Source: Bacilli bacterium
GTDB lineage: Bacteria; Bacillota_I; Bacilli_A; RF39; UBA660
Assembly (NCBI GenBank): GCA_046704245.1
Contig: JBJKSD010000006.1
Location: 1-44,733 of the forward strand
Direction: 5' to 3'
DNA length: 44,733 nucleotides
Shown here: positions 1 to 9,852 of the stretch, piece by piece
Layout: each line of letters starts with the position of its first letter
How positions within the stretch are numbered: position 1 is the first letter of the stretch
The notes under the pieces: model-generated
Told to the model about the DNA's origin: nothing
Database searches by the model: none
The model's input: the letters and a program-made list of their open reading frames with translations, nothing else
Program-made: the position numbers and the translations under genes

Positions 1-533
1 GCTATTTGTAGTCTTTGGTCACTAACTTTATCTAAACCAATAAAATGTACAACTACAGTTTTTTGCAGGTCCCTAATATAATCATCTAACTTCCAACAGA
101 TAAAAAAATTGCTAACTTTTGATTTAGAAACCATTTCTAGGTATACTTGCGCATTTGAAATTGTACCTAAATTTTGATAAAGATTTAGGTGCTCTAATGT
201 CAAATCAGTAGCATTTGGATTAGCATTAGAATGTACCAAGATACCTTTATAGATGAGATAATATATATACTCACTCCATATACTTACACCCAATGATCTG
301 CTATAATCAGGTAATGTTGCAATAATATTGGTCATTTTCTTTAATTCTTGTTCATCAAATTCAATTACAACATCTATAACACCAGTTTTGGTACTATTTT
401 TAATAGTATCTTTAATAAAAACTAATTGTTCATCAGTGACATTACAAATTAAAGTGTTCCACTCTGTAACTCTATGACCAGCAGCACAATCTTCAGTTAA
501 TAAATCTTCTAATATTGATTTATGCATTATCAT
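1..533 (-). CDS. Hypothetical protein, runs off the left edge of the window (MIMHKSILEDLLTEDCAAGHRV...)
   Basis: Manual translation: GGAG SD then ATG at 533, open for about 177 codons to the window edge. Not in the ORF track. Confidence 0.7.
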   Translation of the reverse strand, partial: MIMHKSILEDLLTEDCAAGHRVTEWNTLICNVTDEQLVFIKDTIKNSTKTGVIDVVIEFDEQELKKMTNIIATLPDYSRSLGVSIWSEYIYYLIYKGILVHSNANPNATDLTLEHLNLYQNLGTISNAQVYLEMVSKSKVSNFFICWKLDDYIRDLQKTVVVHFIGLDKVSDQRLQI

Positions 534-585
534 ATTATCACTCCTTAATAGGATATTATATAAATAATGTCAATAAGTGTCAATT

Positions 586-611
586 AAAAAGTAACCAATT
601 GGTTACTTTTT
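586..611. terminator. Palindromic intrinsic terminator after ferredoxin
   Basis: AAAAAGTAACCAA|TTGGTTACTTTTT perfect inverted repeat. Confidence 0.75.
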
Positions 612-802
612 TATTCTTTAATAATAATAGCGTCAGTTGGACAACTCTCAGCTGCATCTAAAATATCTTCTTTCTTTGTTTCATTGTATTCATCAGTCTT
701 CACATAAGAGAATCCTTCGTCGTTTAATTCAAACACTTCGGGAACAATAGTAGTACATGCTCCACAGCCAATACATTTATCTTTATCGACTTCAACTTTC
801 AT
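611..802 (-). CDS. fer: Ferredoxin (single 4Fe-4S cluster type)
   Basis: CIGCGAC...CP motif, 63 aa, AGGAGG SD. Confidence 0.92.
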   Translation of the reverse strand: MKVEVDKDKCIGCGACTTIVPEVFELNDEGFSYVKTDEYNETKKEDILDAAESCPTDAIIIKE

Positions 803-925
803 GTTAAAATATCCTCCTTCACACTATTAAATTATATATTTTATTTGACAAAAATGCAACCGATATTGTTTGAAAATATTGGTGAAACATGTTAAAATCT
901 AGTTAGATAATTATGAGGTGATACG

Positions 926-1789
926 ATGAGAAGTCGTTTAGAAAAATATTATAATAATGACATAGATGATAATGAGCGAATTAAAAAAAATAAAAAAATT
1001 TATGATACTATCTATAGATTAGATCCATTAGCAGCCGACGATAATATATCTACGGCTAACGAGATAGAGTTAATGGATAATATTGCTGGTACTGATATTA
1101 AAACAAGAGAAAATTATCGTCGTTTAAAAGAATATAATAGAATAATGGCTAATGATGATAAAAAGATGGATCCTAGTATTGAATTAAAAGAAGAAGCTGA
1201 AGATAAAATATATGATATTAATAGTATTTTAGAAAAAGCTAAGACCGAAAAAGGGGACCAAGATGATAGAGATAGATATCGCAAATTAACTAATACCCAG
1301 TTCGATATCTTAAATGGTTTAAATATTGGGGATAAAATTAATGTTACTGAAGAAGAAACAGAATCAGATGAAGAACGATTAAAAGAATTAATTAATACCA
1401 TTACTATGAACAAAAGAGTATTAAATGATTTAAGTAAAAAAACTCAACCGCAACCTCATGGTGAGCTTTTATCTGATCTATTACCAGATGAACATACATT
1501 AGTATCAGGTAAAGTTAATGATAAAGTAGAGAATAATGAATCATTAGAACAAAATAAAGAACCCAAAGAGGAAAATATCGATGCTAATGATTTAGATAAA
1601 TCATTCTATACTAGTACTGTAGATTTTGGTAAAGATGATTTTGAAGATGAAGTAAAAGATTTAGAATCAGCTGTTAAAGTTAATGGTACTTTAATAAAAA
1701 TTCTATTATTTATTCTCCTTGTTATTATTACAACTGTTACTTTGTTTATATTAAATAACTATGTTGATTTAAATTTATTTAAAAAATAA
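926..1789 (+). CDS. Hypothetical acidic protein with C-terminal membrane anchor
   Basis: 287-aa ORF, GAGGTG SD, one hydrophobic helix at the C-terminus. Confidence 0.75.
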   Translation: MRSRLEKYYNNDIDDNERIKKNKKIYDTIYRLDPLAADDNISTANEIELMDNIAGTDIKTRENYRRLKEYNRIMANDDKKMDPSIELKEEAEDKIYDINSILEKAKTEKGDQDDRDRYRKLTNTQFDILNGLNIGDKINVTEEETESDEERLKELINTITMNKRVLNDLSKKTQPQPHGELLSDLLPDEHTLVSGKVNDKVENNESLEQNKEPKEENIDANDLDKSFYTSTVDFGKDDFEDEVKDLESAVKVNGTLIKILLFILLVIITTVTLFILNNYVDLNLFKK

Positions 1790-2254
1790 TTATAATTTAA
1801 ATTCATCTACTTCGGGATTATCACTGAAGTAGTTTTTTTTATGTTTTTTTTGAATACCAGCTAAAGCTTTCATAGCTTTTTTATGATTGTGATTAGTAAT
1901 ATCAGATAATGATAGGACACCTACTAATGTACCATCATCGATAACTAATAATCTTTTTATTTGACGATCAGCCATCAATCTACTAGCTGCTTCAATAGGA
2001 GTATTAGGTTTAACAAATACTACTTCTTGCGTCATATATTTACCAATACTAGCGTTGCTATCTTCTCTATTAGTAATACCTCTAATAACCATATCACGAT
2101 CAGTTATAACCCCTATTATTCGTTCACCTTCGACAATTGGTACAAAACCAATATCATTTTGAGCCATCAAACTAGCTACCTCAAAAAAACTACTATCTTT
2201 ACTAACTGAAATAACTTTCTTAGTCATTATATCTTTTACTTTATTATGAAACAT
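1790..2254 (-). CDS. CBS-domain pair protein (YlbB/YhcV-like)
   Basis: VKDIMT..., GVITDRD, VGVLSLSDI CBS motifs. Confidence 0.9.
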   Translation of the reverse strand: MFHNKVKDIMTKKVISVSKDSSFFEVASLMAQNDIGFVPIVEGERIIGVITDRDMVIRGITNREDSNASIGKYMTQEVVFVKPNTPIEAASRLMADRQIKRLLVIDDGTLVGVLSLSDITNHNHKKAMKALAGIQKKHKKNYFSDNPEVDEFKL

Positions 2255-2333
2255 AGAATTCTTCCTTTCTCTTATATATAGTTTGCAATATCTAAAAAAT
2301 TATTACTATACATATAGTTAAATAGGTGAAAAT

Positions 2334-3095
2334 ATGACTAATAAGATTAGATTAAAGAAAATAAAGAAACCACACTCAATAGCATCGCCAATATTAATGG
2401 TTATTACAGCTGTCTTTATTGTATCTTTTTTATTAATTAGATATATGGGTATAAAAGCTGGTCCTATCTTTTTAACTTATGCTCAATTTCGGGTTGAACA
2501 ATTAAATAATCAGATTATTCATAATGCTATATCAGAAGAAGTATTGGAACAATTAGATGTTGAAAAATTATTTGTTACTACTCAAAATAGTGAAGGGCAG
2601 ATAGTTAGTGTTGATTTTAATCCAGTCATTGTTAACCGGGTTTTAAATTCAGCATCAGATGCTATTCAACGAAATTTAAAAGCATTAGAAAAAGGAGAAT
2701 TAAATCTAATCGATGATTATGAAAATATTTTTTTCGGATATGATATTGAAAGATTGAAGAGGGGAGTAATTTATGAAATTCCCTTTGGTGTTATTACCAA
2801 TACTTCTTTACTTGCTAATTTGGGTCCTAAAATACCAGTAAAGTTTTCTTTAATAGGTAGTTTAAATACTAATATCGATACAAAAATTAGAAATTATGGT
2901 ATTAATAACGTTATTATGGAAATATTTATTCATGTCGATATTATTAATCGTCTAATATTACCTCTAATGTCTAAAGATGTTAATTATGAATTAACTATTC
3001 CCGTAGCTACTAAAGTTATAAGAGGTGAGATACCGAGATACTATCAAGCTGGTATTAGCCAATCATCGCCAATATTAGCATTACCTATGGAATAA
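2334..3095 (+). CDS. yunB: Sporulation protein YunB
   Basis: N-terminal TM; YEIPFGVITNTSLLANLGPKIPVKF...YGINN...IPVATKVIRGEIP motifs; CATATAGT SigE-like -10 upstream. Confidence 0.9.
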   Translation: MTNKIRLKKIKKPHSIASPILMVITAVFIVSFLLIRYMGIKAGPIFLTYAQFRVEQLNNQIIHNAISEEVLEQLDVEKLFVTTQNSEGQIVSVDFNPVIVNRVLNSASDAIQRNLKALEKGELNLIDDYENIFFGYDIERLKRGVIYEIPFGVITNTSLLANLGPKIPVKFSLIGSLNTNIDTKIRNYGINNVIMEIFIHVDIINRLILPLMSKDVNYELTIPVATKVIRGEIPRYYQAGISQSSPILALPME

Positions 3096-3131
3096 AATAT
3101 TTAGTTATGATATACTTTTCATAGGGTAGAG

Positions 3132-4862
3132 GTGCATCAAATGAGTAGAAAACGAAGAAGACGATCAAAACGTATAAAAAGAATAAAAAATAGAGGGCTA
3201 TTTTTTATTTGGTTTATTGTTATCATTTATATTATATATTCTATCTATAATAGTTTTAATAAAGTAGCTTTAGAAAATCAAGTCTTTTTAGCTTCTGCTA
3301 CTTATTATGTTGATTTATTTGATGAACAATTAAAGAAAGCTACTAGTATACCTAGAGGCACAAAGATAATTATTAATAAAGAAAAGATTTTAAAAGATGA
3401 TGAAAATAATATGTATTATGAAATTAATGTTAATAGTATTAAATACTATGTTAAGAAAGATAATATTGTAAATAATGAAAAAGATATTGTTATGGAACAA
3501 TACGTCTATGTTAGAACACCAATTAATTTACTTGAAGAAGATAATAATGGTAAGCTTTTAACTTTAGTTAAAAAAGGTGAACAATTAGAAGTAATTGATT
3601 TTGATAAAATAAATAATGAAGGCATTGTTAATATCTATACAGTTAAAGTTCGAAATATAACAGGTATTATTGCTGGAGAATATACAGCTTTAGATAAAAA
3701 GACCGCTCTTTTAAATTATAAACCCGAAAAATATTATGATGTTCATGAAAAAAGAGGTAATAGATATGGAGGAGGATATGCTGGTAATTTAGATTATTAT
3801 CCAGCACCCAAACCAACCTTTAAAGATAATAAGATGCCAGATCCAGTATATGCTCTATATTTAAATTCGGGTAGTAATGTTATATCACATATTGATCAAT
3901 ATATTGATTTAGTTAAAAACACTAAAATAAATGCTTTTGTCATCGATATAAAGGATAATCAATCGTCAGGATATGCATCACCTGTTATGAAACAATATTC
4001 AATTACTAATTATAATAAAGCTAATAATAGTTTCGATAGATATAAAACAGCTATTACTAAATTAAAAGATGCTGGTTACTATGTTATAGGTCGTATTACT
4101 GTTTTTAAAGATAAGTATTATGCTATCGACCATCCAGAACATGCTATTAGTAGTAATAAAGATGGTAGTTTATTTTTACATCAAAATACTTATTGGCCAA
4201 GTGCTTATCAAAGAGATGTATGGGAATTCAATGTTAATTTAGCTAAAGAAGCTGTTAAGGAAATGGGCTTTAATGAAATTCAATTTGACTATGTAAGGTT
4301 TCCTGATAAGACAAAAGAGTATGAAAAGCAAGGCCTCTTAAATTTTAGAAATACTTATAATGAAGAAAAAGCCCAAGCTATTCAAAGATTTGTTAGATAT
4401 GCTTGTAATGAATAACATAAATTAAATGTCTATGTATCAATCGATGTCTTTGGTGAATCAGCTCATAACTATGTAACCTCCTATGGTCAATATTGGGCAG
4501 CTATAAGTAATATTGCAGATGTTATTAGTGCTATGCCTTATCCTGATCATTTTAATAAATATGAATATAATTTTAAAGTTCCAGTATGGACTGTACCATA
4601 TGATTTATTAAATTATTGGGGTAGTAAATATGTTATGCAAAGACAAAAAGAAATACCTACACCAGCTAAGTTAAGAACATGGGTACAAGCTTTTGATACT
4701 ATTAAAGCTCCATATATAACTTATGATGCTCCTCAACTAGAAGCTCAGAGTAAAGGTTTATTTGATGCTGGTTTAAATAATGGTTATATGGCATGGAATT
4801 CTGGTTCTAAATTAGATAAATATAGAGCTCAATTAGATGCCTATAAAAAAGATTATAAATAG
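3132..4862 (+). pseudogene. Membrane-anchored putative glycoside hydrolase (DUF4015-like TIM barrel, SH3-like N-region), split by in-frame TAA at 4413-4415
   Basis: NAFVIDIKD, GRITVFKD, GFNEIQFDYVRFP motifs. After the stop the same frame continues HKLNVYVSIDVFGESA...ADVISAMPYPDHF into ORF 4533-4862. Confidence 0.8.
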
Positions 4863-4873
4863 GAAGTGATTAG

Positions 4874-5149
4874 ATGGAAAAGATTATTGCTAATAATAAT
4901 GAATATGAACTAATAAAAGATATTAAAGAATGTTTTGATAGTAATGAATTTCATGAAAAATGTACAGATTACTTTATGGATTATGATTATATAGTAGGAG
5001 ATTATGCTTATGGTAAACTTCGTTTAAAAGGTTTTTATGATAGTAATAATAAAAATGTAAAAGAGATTAATAATTTTAAATATATTGATAAATATATTGA
5101 AGATTATTGTGCTTATGGGTGTCGTTATTTTATTCTAAAGAAGAAATAA
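4874..5149 (+). CDS. yutD: YutD family protein (DUF1027)
   Basis: YDYIVGDYAYGKLRLKGFY...YIEDYCAYGCRYFILKK. Confidence 0.92.
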   Translation: MEKIIANNNEYELIKDIKECFDSNEFHEKCTDYFMDYDYIVGDYAYGKLRLKGFYDSNNKNVKEINNFKYIDKYIEDYCAYGCRYFILKKK

Positions 5150-5244
5150 TACTTTACATTGTTTGACAAAAATACCTAAGATGAGGTGTTATTATTAGGT
5201 TTATTATGATAAACTAGGAATAGAAGAGTAAGGAGGGCAACTAT

Positions 5245-5514
5245 ATGAATGAAGAAGAAAAGAAAATGATAACTATTGTCGATCCAGAAGGAAATAAAAC
5301 TGATGTCGAGGTGGTTATTGCTTTTAAAATAGAGGATACAAATAAAGAATATGTAATTTATACTAAGAATGAAAAAGATGAAAATGGCAATATTACTATT
5401 TATGTATCGGCATTAGAAGAAATTAATGGTGAAAAACAATTGACAGGTATTAATAGTGATGAAGAATGGCAAAAAATTAAAGAAATAATAAAGCAATTAG
5501 CTAAGAAACAATAA
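5245..5514 (+). CDS. DUF1292 (YrzB-like) small acidic protein
   Basis: ITIVDPEGN...KEYVIYT...INSDEEWQKI pattern. Confidence 0.85.
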   Translation: MNEEEKKMITIVDPEGNKTDVEVVIAFKIEDTNKEYVIYTKNEKDENGNITIYVSALEEINGEKQLTGINSDEEWQKIKEIIKQLAKKQ

Positions 5515-5533
5515 AATAAAGGGGAGATACAAT

Positions 5534-6139
5534 ATGAATAATACAGGTATTCCAGAAATAAATATGATTCCAGGGGTAGATTTTCGACCTATTAATTTAA
5601 ATAGGGTGATAAAAGGCGATGGTAATCATAAAGCCAAAGTTACTGAAGGTGTATTTGGTAAAATAAGCTCACAAGGGAAAGAAACTATTGGCACTATTAT
5701 ATTACCTTCACATGATAAAAATAATCCTGGTGCTGAATTTGGCATTGTTGTTGAAAATTTAGAAGATCTTCCAGCAGAATTAAAAGGGAAAGGTAAACCT
5801 ATAAAATTACCTCCAATATATGAAAACATAGGAGATAAAATTTATAGGCAAGTACCAGTTCGAAATATTAAACCTACATCCAACCCTGCACCAGAACCAG
5901 AACCCACACTAGAACCAGAGCCAACACCAAATATTGATTTAGAAGAGATTGTAAGAAAGGCTGAAGCAGCAGCTAATGATGAAATTAATAAAGGTAATAA
6001 AGAACTTACTGATTCAGAAAAATTAGATGAAATTTTAGAAAATACTAAACTTATAGTTGGAGCTATGAAACCAATAATAGAAAATATTCAACAAAATAAA
6101 AATAAAAATATGCCAGGAAATGAATATATAAAAGAATAA
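5534..6139 (+). CDS. Hypothetical protein with Pro/Glu linker (PAPEPEPTLEPEPTP)
   Basis: 201-aa ORF with GGGGAG SD, followed by terminator. Confidence 0.75.
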   Translation: MNNTGIPEINMIPGVDFRPINLNRVIKGDGNHKAKVTEGVFGKISSQGKETIGTIILPSHDKNNPGAEFGIVVENLEDLPAELKGKGKPIKLPPIYENIGDKIYRQVPVRNIKPTSNPAPEPEPTLEPEPTPNIDLEEIVRKAEAAANDEINKGNKELTDSEKLDEILENTKLIVGAMKPIIENIQQNKNKNMPGNEYIKE

Positions 6140-6165
6140 AAAAAGTATCATAATGATACTTTTTT
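6139..6165. terminator. Bidirectional intrinsic terminator
   Basis: AAAAAAGTATCA-taa-TGATACTTTTTT between convergent genes. Confidence 0.75.
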
Positions 6166-6655
6166 ATTTATGAGCTATTTTACTAGCACTAGCAGCTACT
6201 ATAGCAGCTACTAAATCAACTAAAAAGGTACAACATGACCTTTTTTCTTTCCCTAATTGATCAACTCTACCAATAACATAAGGTTTTATTTTATCTAAAT
6301 ATCCAAAATTAGTTAAAGCTATAGCACCATACATATTAGTAATACTTAAAGCTAATATTTCATCTAAACTATATAAATTTTTATCATTTATTATTAAATC
6401 CACTACTTCTTCATCTAATTTATTATTTTCAGCTGCTTTATCTAAAGCTATACCAGTTAATACGGCATATATTACTTCTTTCTCATCTAATACTGATAAT
6501 ACTATCTCTTTACAATATTCTAAAGTAATCTTAGTATATTCTTTTTGTAGATCATATACTATAATGGCTATATCATCAATAGTAACGCCTCTTTCTTCTA
6601 ATCTTTTAATAGCTATATTTTTTAAACTATGCATTATATCTTCTCCTTCTAACAT
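6164..6655 (-). CDS. yutG: Phosphatidylglycerophosphatase A family protein (YutG-like); start probably 6634
   Basis: LEERGVTIDDIA...LYSLDEILALSITNMYG...NFGYLDK...AAIVAASASKIAH; synteny with yutH/yutI. Confidence 0.88.
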   Translation of the reverse strand: MLEGEDIMHSLKNIAIKRLEERGVTIDDIAIIVYDLQKEYTKITLEYCKEIVLSVLDEKEVIYAVLTGIALDKAAENNKLDEEVVDLIINDKNLYSLDEILALSITNMYGAIALTNFGYLDKIKPYVIGRVDQLGKEKRSCCTFLVDLVAAIVAASASKIAHK

Positions 6656-6680
6656 ATTTTATTCTATTTTCTCATAAAAT
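6652..6680 (+). promoter_or_regulatory. SigE-type promoter for yutH-like gene
   Basis: aCATATT-N14-CATAAAAT matches the mother-cell sigma-E consensus. Confidence 0.55.
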
Positions 6681-6695
6681 TTTATGAGGTAGAAT

Positions 6696-7619
6696 ATGAA
6701 AAACATTATCAATTATTATTATAACTTATTTCCTAATGATATAAAGCAAGATAATAATTATTTTTATTTTTCCTATAATAATGAAAAATATTATCTGTTT
6801 ATCTTTAATCGCCCTTTAAACGATATTATTCCTTTGTTTGAGCTTAATTTAGAGATGCTAAGAAGAAATATCTTAGTACATGAAATAATCTTAAATAAGG
6901 ACCGTAGAATAGTTACTATTGTAGATAAGATATCATATATATTAATGAAAGTCTATGTTAATACCAAAAAACCAACTACTTTATCAGATATTAATTATAT
7001 TCATATTAATACTTTAGGTATTAATAAAAATAAACAATTAAGTCGTAATAATTGGGTTAAGTTATGGAGTGATAAAATAGATTATTTTGAATATCAAATT
7101 AATCAAATGGGTAAGAAGTATCCTTTACTTAGAGAATCATTAAGTTATTTTATTGGATTAGGAGAAAATGCTATATCATATATTAAAAATACTTATATTG
7201 ATTATAATATTAATGAATATAATAATCTAGTTGTCTGCCATAAAAGAGTTAAAGCTGATGATACATTATTAGATACTAATAATCCTATTAATTTTATCTT
7301 AGATATTAGAGTAAGAGATATTAGTGAATATATAAAGTCTGAATTCTTTAATAATAATAAATTATGGGATGAGATATATGAATATTTCAAACATATTCGC
7401 TTATCAGCATTAGAATATCGCTTATTATATGGAAGATTGTTATATCCATCATTTTATTTTGATACATATGAAGAAATAATGAACAATAACTTAGATGAAC
7501 GTGAAATAATAAAAATAATTGATAAGATTAATGAATATGAGGATTTCTTAAAAGATTTTTATGCATATATTAAATTGAAAGATAATATTCCTGAAGTAAA
7601 TTGGATATTATATAAATAA
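6696..7619 (+). CDS. yutH: Spore coat protein, YutH/CotS kinase-like family
   Basis: WVKLWSDKIDYFE...SYFIGLGENAISY...VVCHKR...RDISEYIK...LYGRLLYPSFYFD. Confidence 0.88.
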   Translation: MKNIINYYYNLFPNDIKQDNNYFYFSYNNEKYYLFIFNRPLNDIIPLFELNLEMLRRNILVHEIILNKDRRIVTIVDKISYILMKVYVNTKKPTTLSDINYIHINTLGINKNKQLSRNNWVKLWSDKIDYFEYQINQMGKKYPLLRESLSYFIGLGENAISYIKNTYIDYNINEYNNLVVCHKRVKADDTLLDTNNPINFILDIRVRDISEYIKSEFFNNNKLWDEIYEYFKHIRLSALEYRLLYGRLLYPSFYFDTYEEIMNNNLDEREIIKIIDKINEYEDFLKDFYAYIKLKDNIPEVNWILYK

Positions 7620-7644
7620 AAACTCAGTATACTGAGTTTTTATT
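7615..7644. terminator. Bidirectional terminator (30-bp perfect palindrome)
   Basis: AATAAAAACTCAGTA|TACTGAGTTTTTATT. Confidence 0.8.
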
Positions 7645-7891
7645 CTGATAGACGTTCAACACCTTTAACTTCTGGTATTTCAACCATTAAAGCCATTTCA
7701 ATTCCTTCTTTTAATGTCTGATCTAACATTGGGCAACTTTGACAAGCTCCCATAAATCTAACATAAACGATGCCATCTTCATATTTAATAAATTCAACAT
7801 CGCCACCATCATTTTTAAGGTATGGTTTTAATTTTTCTAATACATCTAATATTTTTGTTTCGACTTTGTCCATATTATCACCTAAAAACAT
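7640..7891 (-). CDS. NifU C-terminal/Nfu family Fe-S carrier (YutI-like)
   Basis: LKPYLKNDGGDVEF...GACQSCP motif. Confidence 0.92.
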   Translation of the reverse strand: MFLGDNMDKVETKILDVLEKLKPYLKNDGGDVEFIKYEDGIVYVRFMGACQSCPMLDQTLKEGIEMALMVEIPEVKGVERLSE

Positions 7892-7969
7892 TATACCATT
7901 TTATAATAAATAGTAAAGCATGCTTTATTAAACAATTTATGTTATAATGGACGAGGAAGAAGGTGTAGT

Positions 7970-8326
7970 ATGACAAAATTAGAACCTGGTAAAATAGTAA
8001 TAGGTTCTGTTACAGGCATTGAATCGTATGGCGTATTTGTCAATCTAGATGAATATTATAATGGTTTAATACATATATCAGAGATATCTAATGGTTTTGT
8101 TAGAGATATAAATGATTACGTGAGTATAGGTGAAAAGATATATGTTAAAGTAATAGATATAGATGATGAAACATATCAAGTTAAATTAAGTATTAAAGAT
8201 ATTGATTATAAAATAGAACATCAATCAAAAAGAAGAATAAAAGAAACAAAGAAAGGATTCAATTTACTTCGTGATAAACTACCAGAATGGGTTAGTAACA
8301 AATTAATGGAAATGCATGGAAAATAA
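7970..8326 (+). CDS. S1-domain RNA-binding protein (YugI/GSP13-like)
   Basis: GSVTGIESYGVFV...GLIHISEIS...GFNLLRDKLPEW. Confidence 0.88.
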   Translation: MTKLEPGKIVIGSVTGIESYGVFVNLDEYYNGLIHISEISNGFVRDINDYVSIGEKIYVKVIDIDDETYQVKLSIKDIDYKIEHQSKRRIKETKKGFNLLRDKLPEWVSNKLMEMHGK

Positions 8327-8382
8327 GCAAGAGATAATGTTTTTTTCATGTAAATAGTAGGCGATAAAATGCTTTACAACTA

Positions 8383-8411
8383 TTGACAAATATAGGCATA
8401 GATGTTATATT
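8383..8411 (+). promoter_or_regulatory. SigA promoter of tRNA cluster 1
   Basis: TTGACA-N17-TATATT with TGn extended -10. Confidence 0.75.
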
Positions 8412-8429
8412 ATTTATCGTCCTACCCAT

Positions 8430-8506
8430 GGACGATTAGCTCAGTTGGTTAGAGCACCTGCCTTACAAGCAGGGGGTCGTAGGTTCGAGTCCTACATCGT
8501 CCACCA
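8430..8506 (+). tRNA. tRNA-Val(TAC)
   Basis: Cloverleaf, anticodon loop CTTACAA, GTTCG T-loop, encoded CCA. Confidence 0.95.
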
Positions 8507-8511
8507 TTTTT

Positions 8512-8588
<77 letters not shown>

Positions 8589-8596
8589 TAGTTATT

Positions 8597-8680
8597 GGAG
8601 AGATAGCGAAGTGGTTAAACGCGGCAGACTGTAAATCTGTTCCTTCGGGTTCGGTGGTTCGAATCCACCTCTCTCCACCA
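8597..8680 (+). tRNA. tRNA-Tyr(GTA)
   Basis: Anticodon loop CTGTAAA, long variable arm, CCA. Confidence 0.95.
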
Positions 8681-8688
8681 TTTGTAAT

Positions 8689-8764
8689 TGCCTCGTAGCC
8701 AAGTGGTAAGGCATCAGACTTTGACTCTGACATTCCGCTAGTTCGAATCTAGCCGAGGCAGCCA
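8689..8764 (+). tRNA. tRNA-Gln(TTG)
   Basis: Anticodon loop CTTTGAC, U1-A72 pair, CCA. Confidence 0.95.
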
Positions 8765-8773
8765 AATTATTAT

Positions 8774-8849
8774 GTCCCGTTAGCTCAGCAGGTAGAGCAT
8801 TTGACTTTTAATCAAAGGGTCATAGGTTCGAATCCTATACGGGACACCA
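8774..8849 (+). tRNA. tRNA-Lys(TTT)
   Basis: Anticodon loop CTTTTAA, CCA. Confidence 0.95.
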
Positions 8850-8855
8850 TTTAAT

Positions 8856-8943
8856 GCCTGAGTGGCGGAATAGGTAGACGCACAGGACTTAAAATCCTGC
8901 GGGAGTTGATCCCGTGCCGGTTCAAGTCCGGCCTTAGGCACCA
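8856..8943 (+). tRNA. tRNA-Leu(TAA)
   Basis: Anticodon loop CTTAAAA, long variable arm, CCA. Confidence 0.95.
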
Positions 8944-8948
8944 TCTAT

Positions 8949-9041
8949 GGAGGAATACCCAAGTCTGGTTGAAGGGATCGGTCTTGAAAACCGAGAGGTC
9001 GTGTAAACGGCGCGGGGGTTCGAATCCCTCTTCCTCCGCCA
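8949..9041 (+). tRNA. tRNA-Ser(TGA)
   Basis: Anticodon loop CTTGAAA, long variable arm, GCCA end. Confidence 0.95.
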
Positions 9042-9057
9042 TATAGATAAATTACAT

Positions 9058-9134
<77 letters not shown>

Positions 9135-9142
9135 AGATTGTT

Positions 9143-9167
9143 AAAAGAACTATCAGTAGTTCTTTTT
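9143..9167 (+). terminator. Terminator of tRNA cluster 1
   Basis: AAAAGAACTA-tcag-TAGTTCTTTTT. Confidence 0.8.
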
Positions 9168-9211
9168 ATTTATAAAAATTTTATAGTATAATTAAATAAG
9201 GAGGAAATAAA

Positions 9212-9844
9212 TTGAAAAAAGAGTTATTTAGAAATCCTAAGTATAGTAATTTAACATCTTTTCTACAATCTACTTCCCAGATAATAATTGATGATGAAAT
9301 AATTAATAGATATGGTAATATGATTAATACTTCGCAAATAGATATGGTAAAAGAAATATTTAAAATAATTGAAGAAACTTATATTTTTAATTCAGAAAAA
9401 GCTCCTAAATTTTCACGCACTAATAAAGAGATAATAAGATCAAACATTTTAACTGGATGTGCTGATTATGCCATAATATTTGCCACTATTTTACGTAGTA
9501 ATAATATACCAACTATAATTTTACAAGCGGCTCATATTGATTGGATAAAAACAGTAAACAATAAAGAAAAAGAACCTATTCATGGCCATAATTTCTTAGA
9601 AATATTTATAAACAATAAGTGGTATTTACTAGATCCTACTAGAGGATTTTTATATTTGGATTATGATAAAAATAATTTTAATTTACCAGGTAACTATTAT
9701 GTATTTGCTAAATCTCTTGATTTATGGGAAACAGGAAGTATTGATGAAGCTCATAATAGTATTGTTATGAGAGAAACATTTAAAGATTTTGATCTTAATA
9801 ATATTAAATCAGTAAACTATAAATTAATTGATTTAAGAAAGTAG
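9212..9844 (+). CDS. Transglutaminase-like (Cys-His-Asp triad) protein
   Basis: GCADYA, GHNFLE, WYLLDPT motifs; AGGAGG SD with TTG start. Confidence 0.85.
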   Translation: MKKELFRNPKYSNLTSFLQSTSQIIIDDEIINRYGNMINTSQIDMVKEIFKIIEETYIFNSEKAPKFSRTNKEIIRSNILTGCADYAIIFATILRSNNIPTIILQAAHIDWIKTVNNKEKEPIHGHNFLEIFINNKWYLLDPTRGFLYLDYDKNNFNLPGNYYVFAKSLDLWETGSIDEAHNSIVMRETFKDFDLNNIKSVNYKLIDLRK

Positions 9845-9852
9845 GGTGTATT

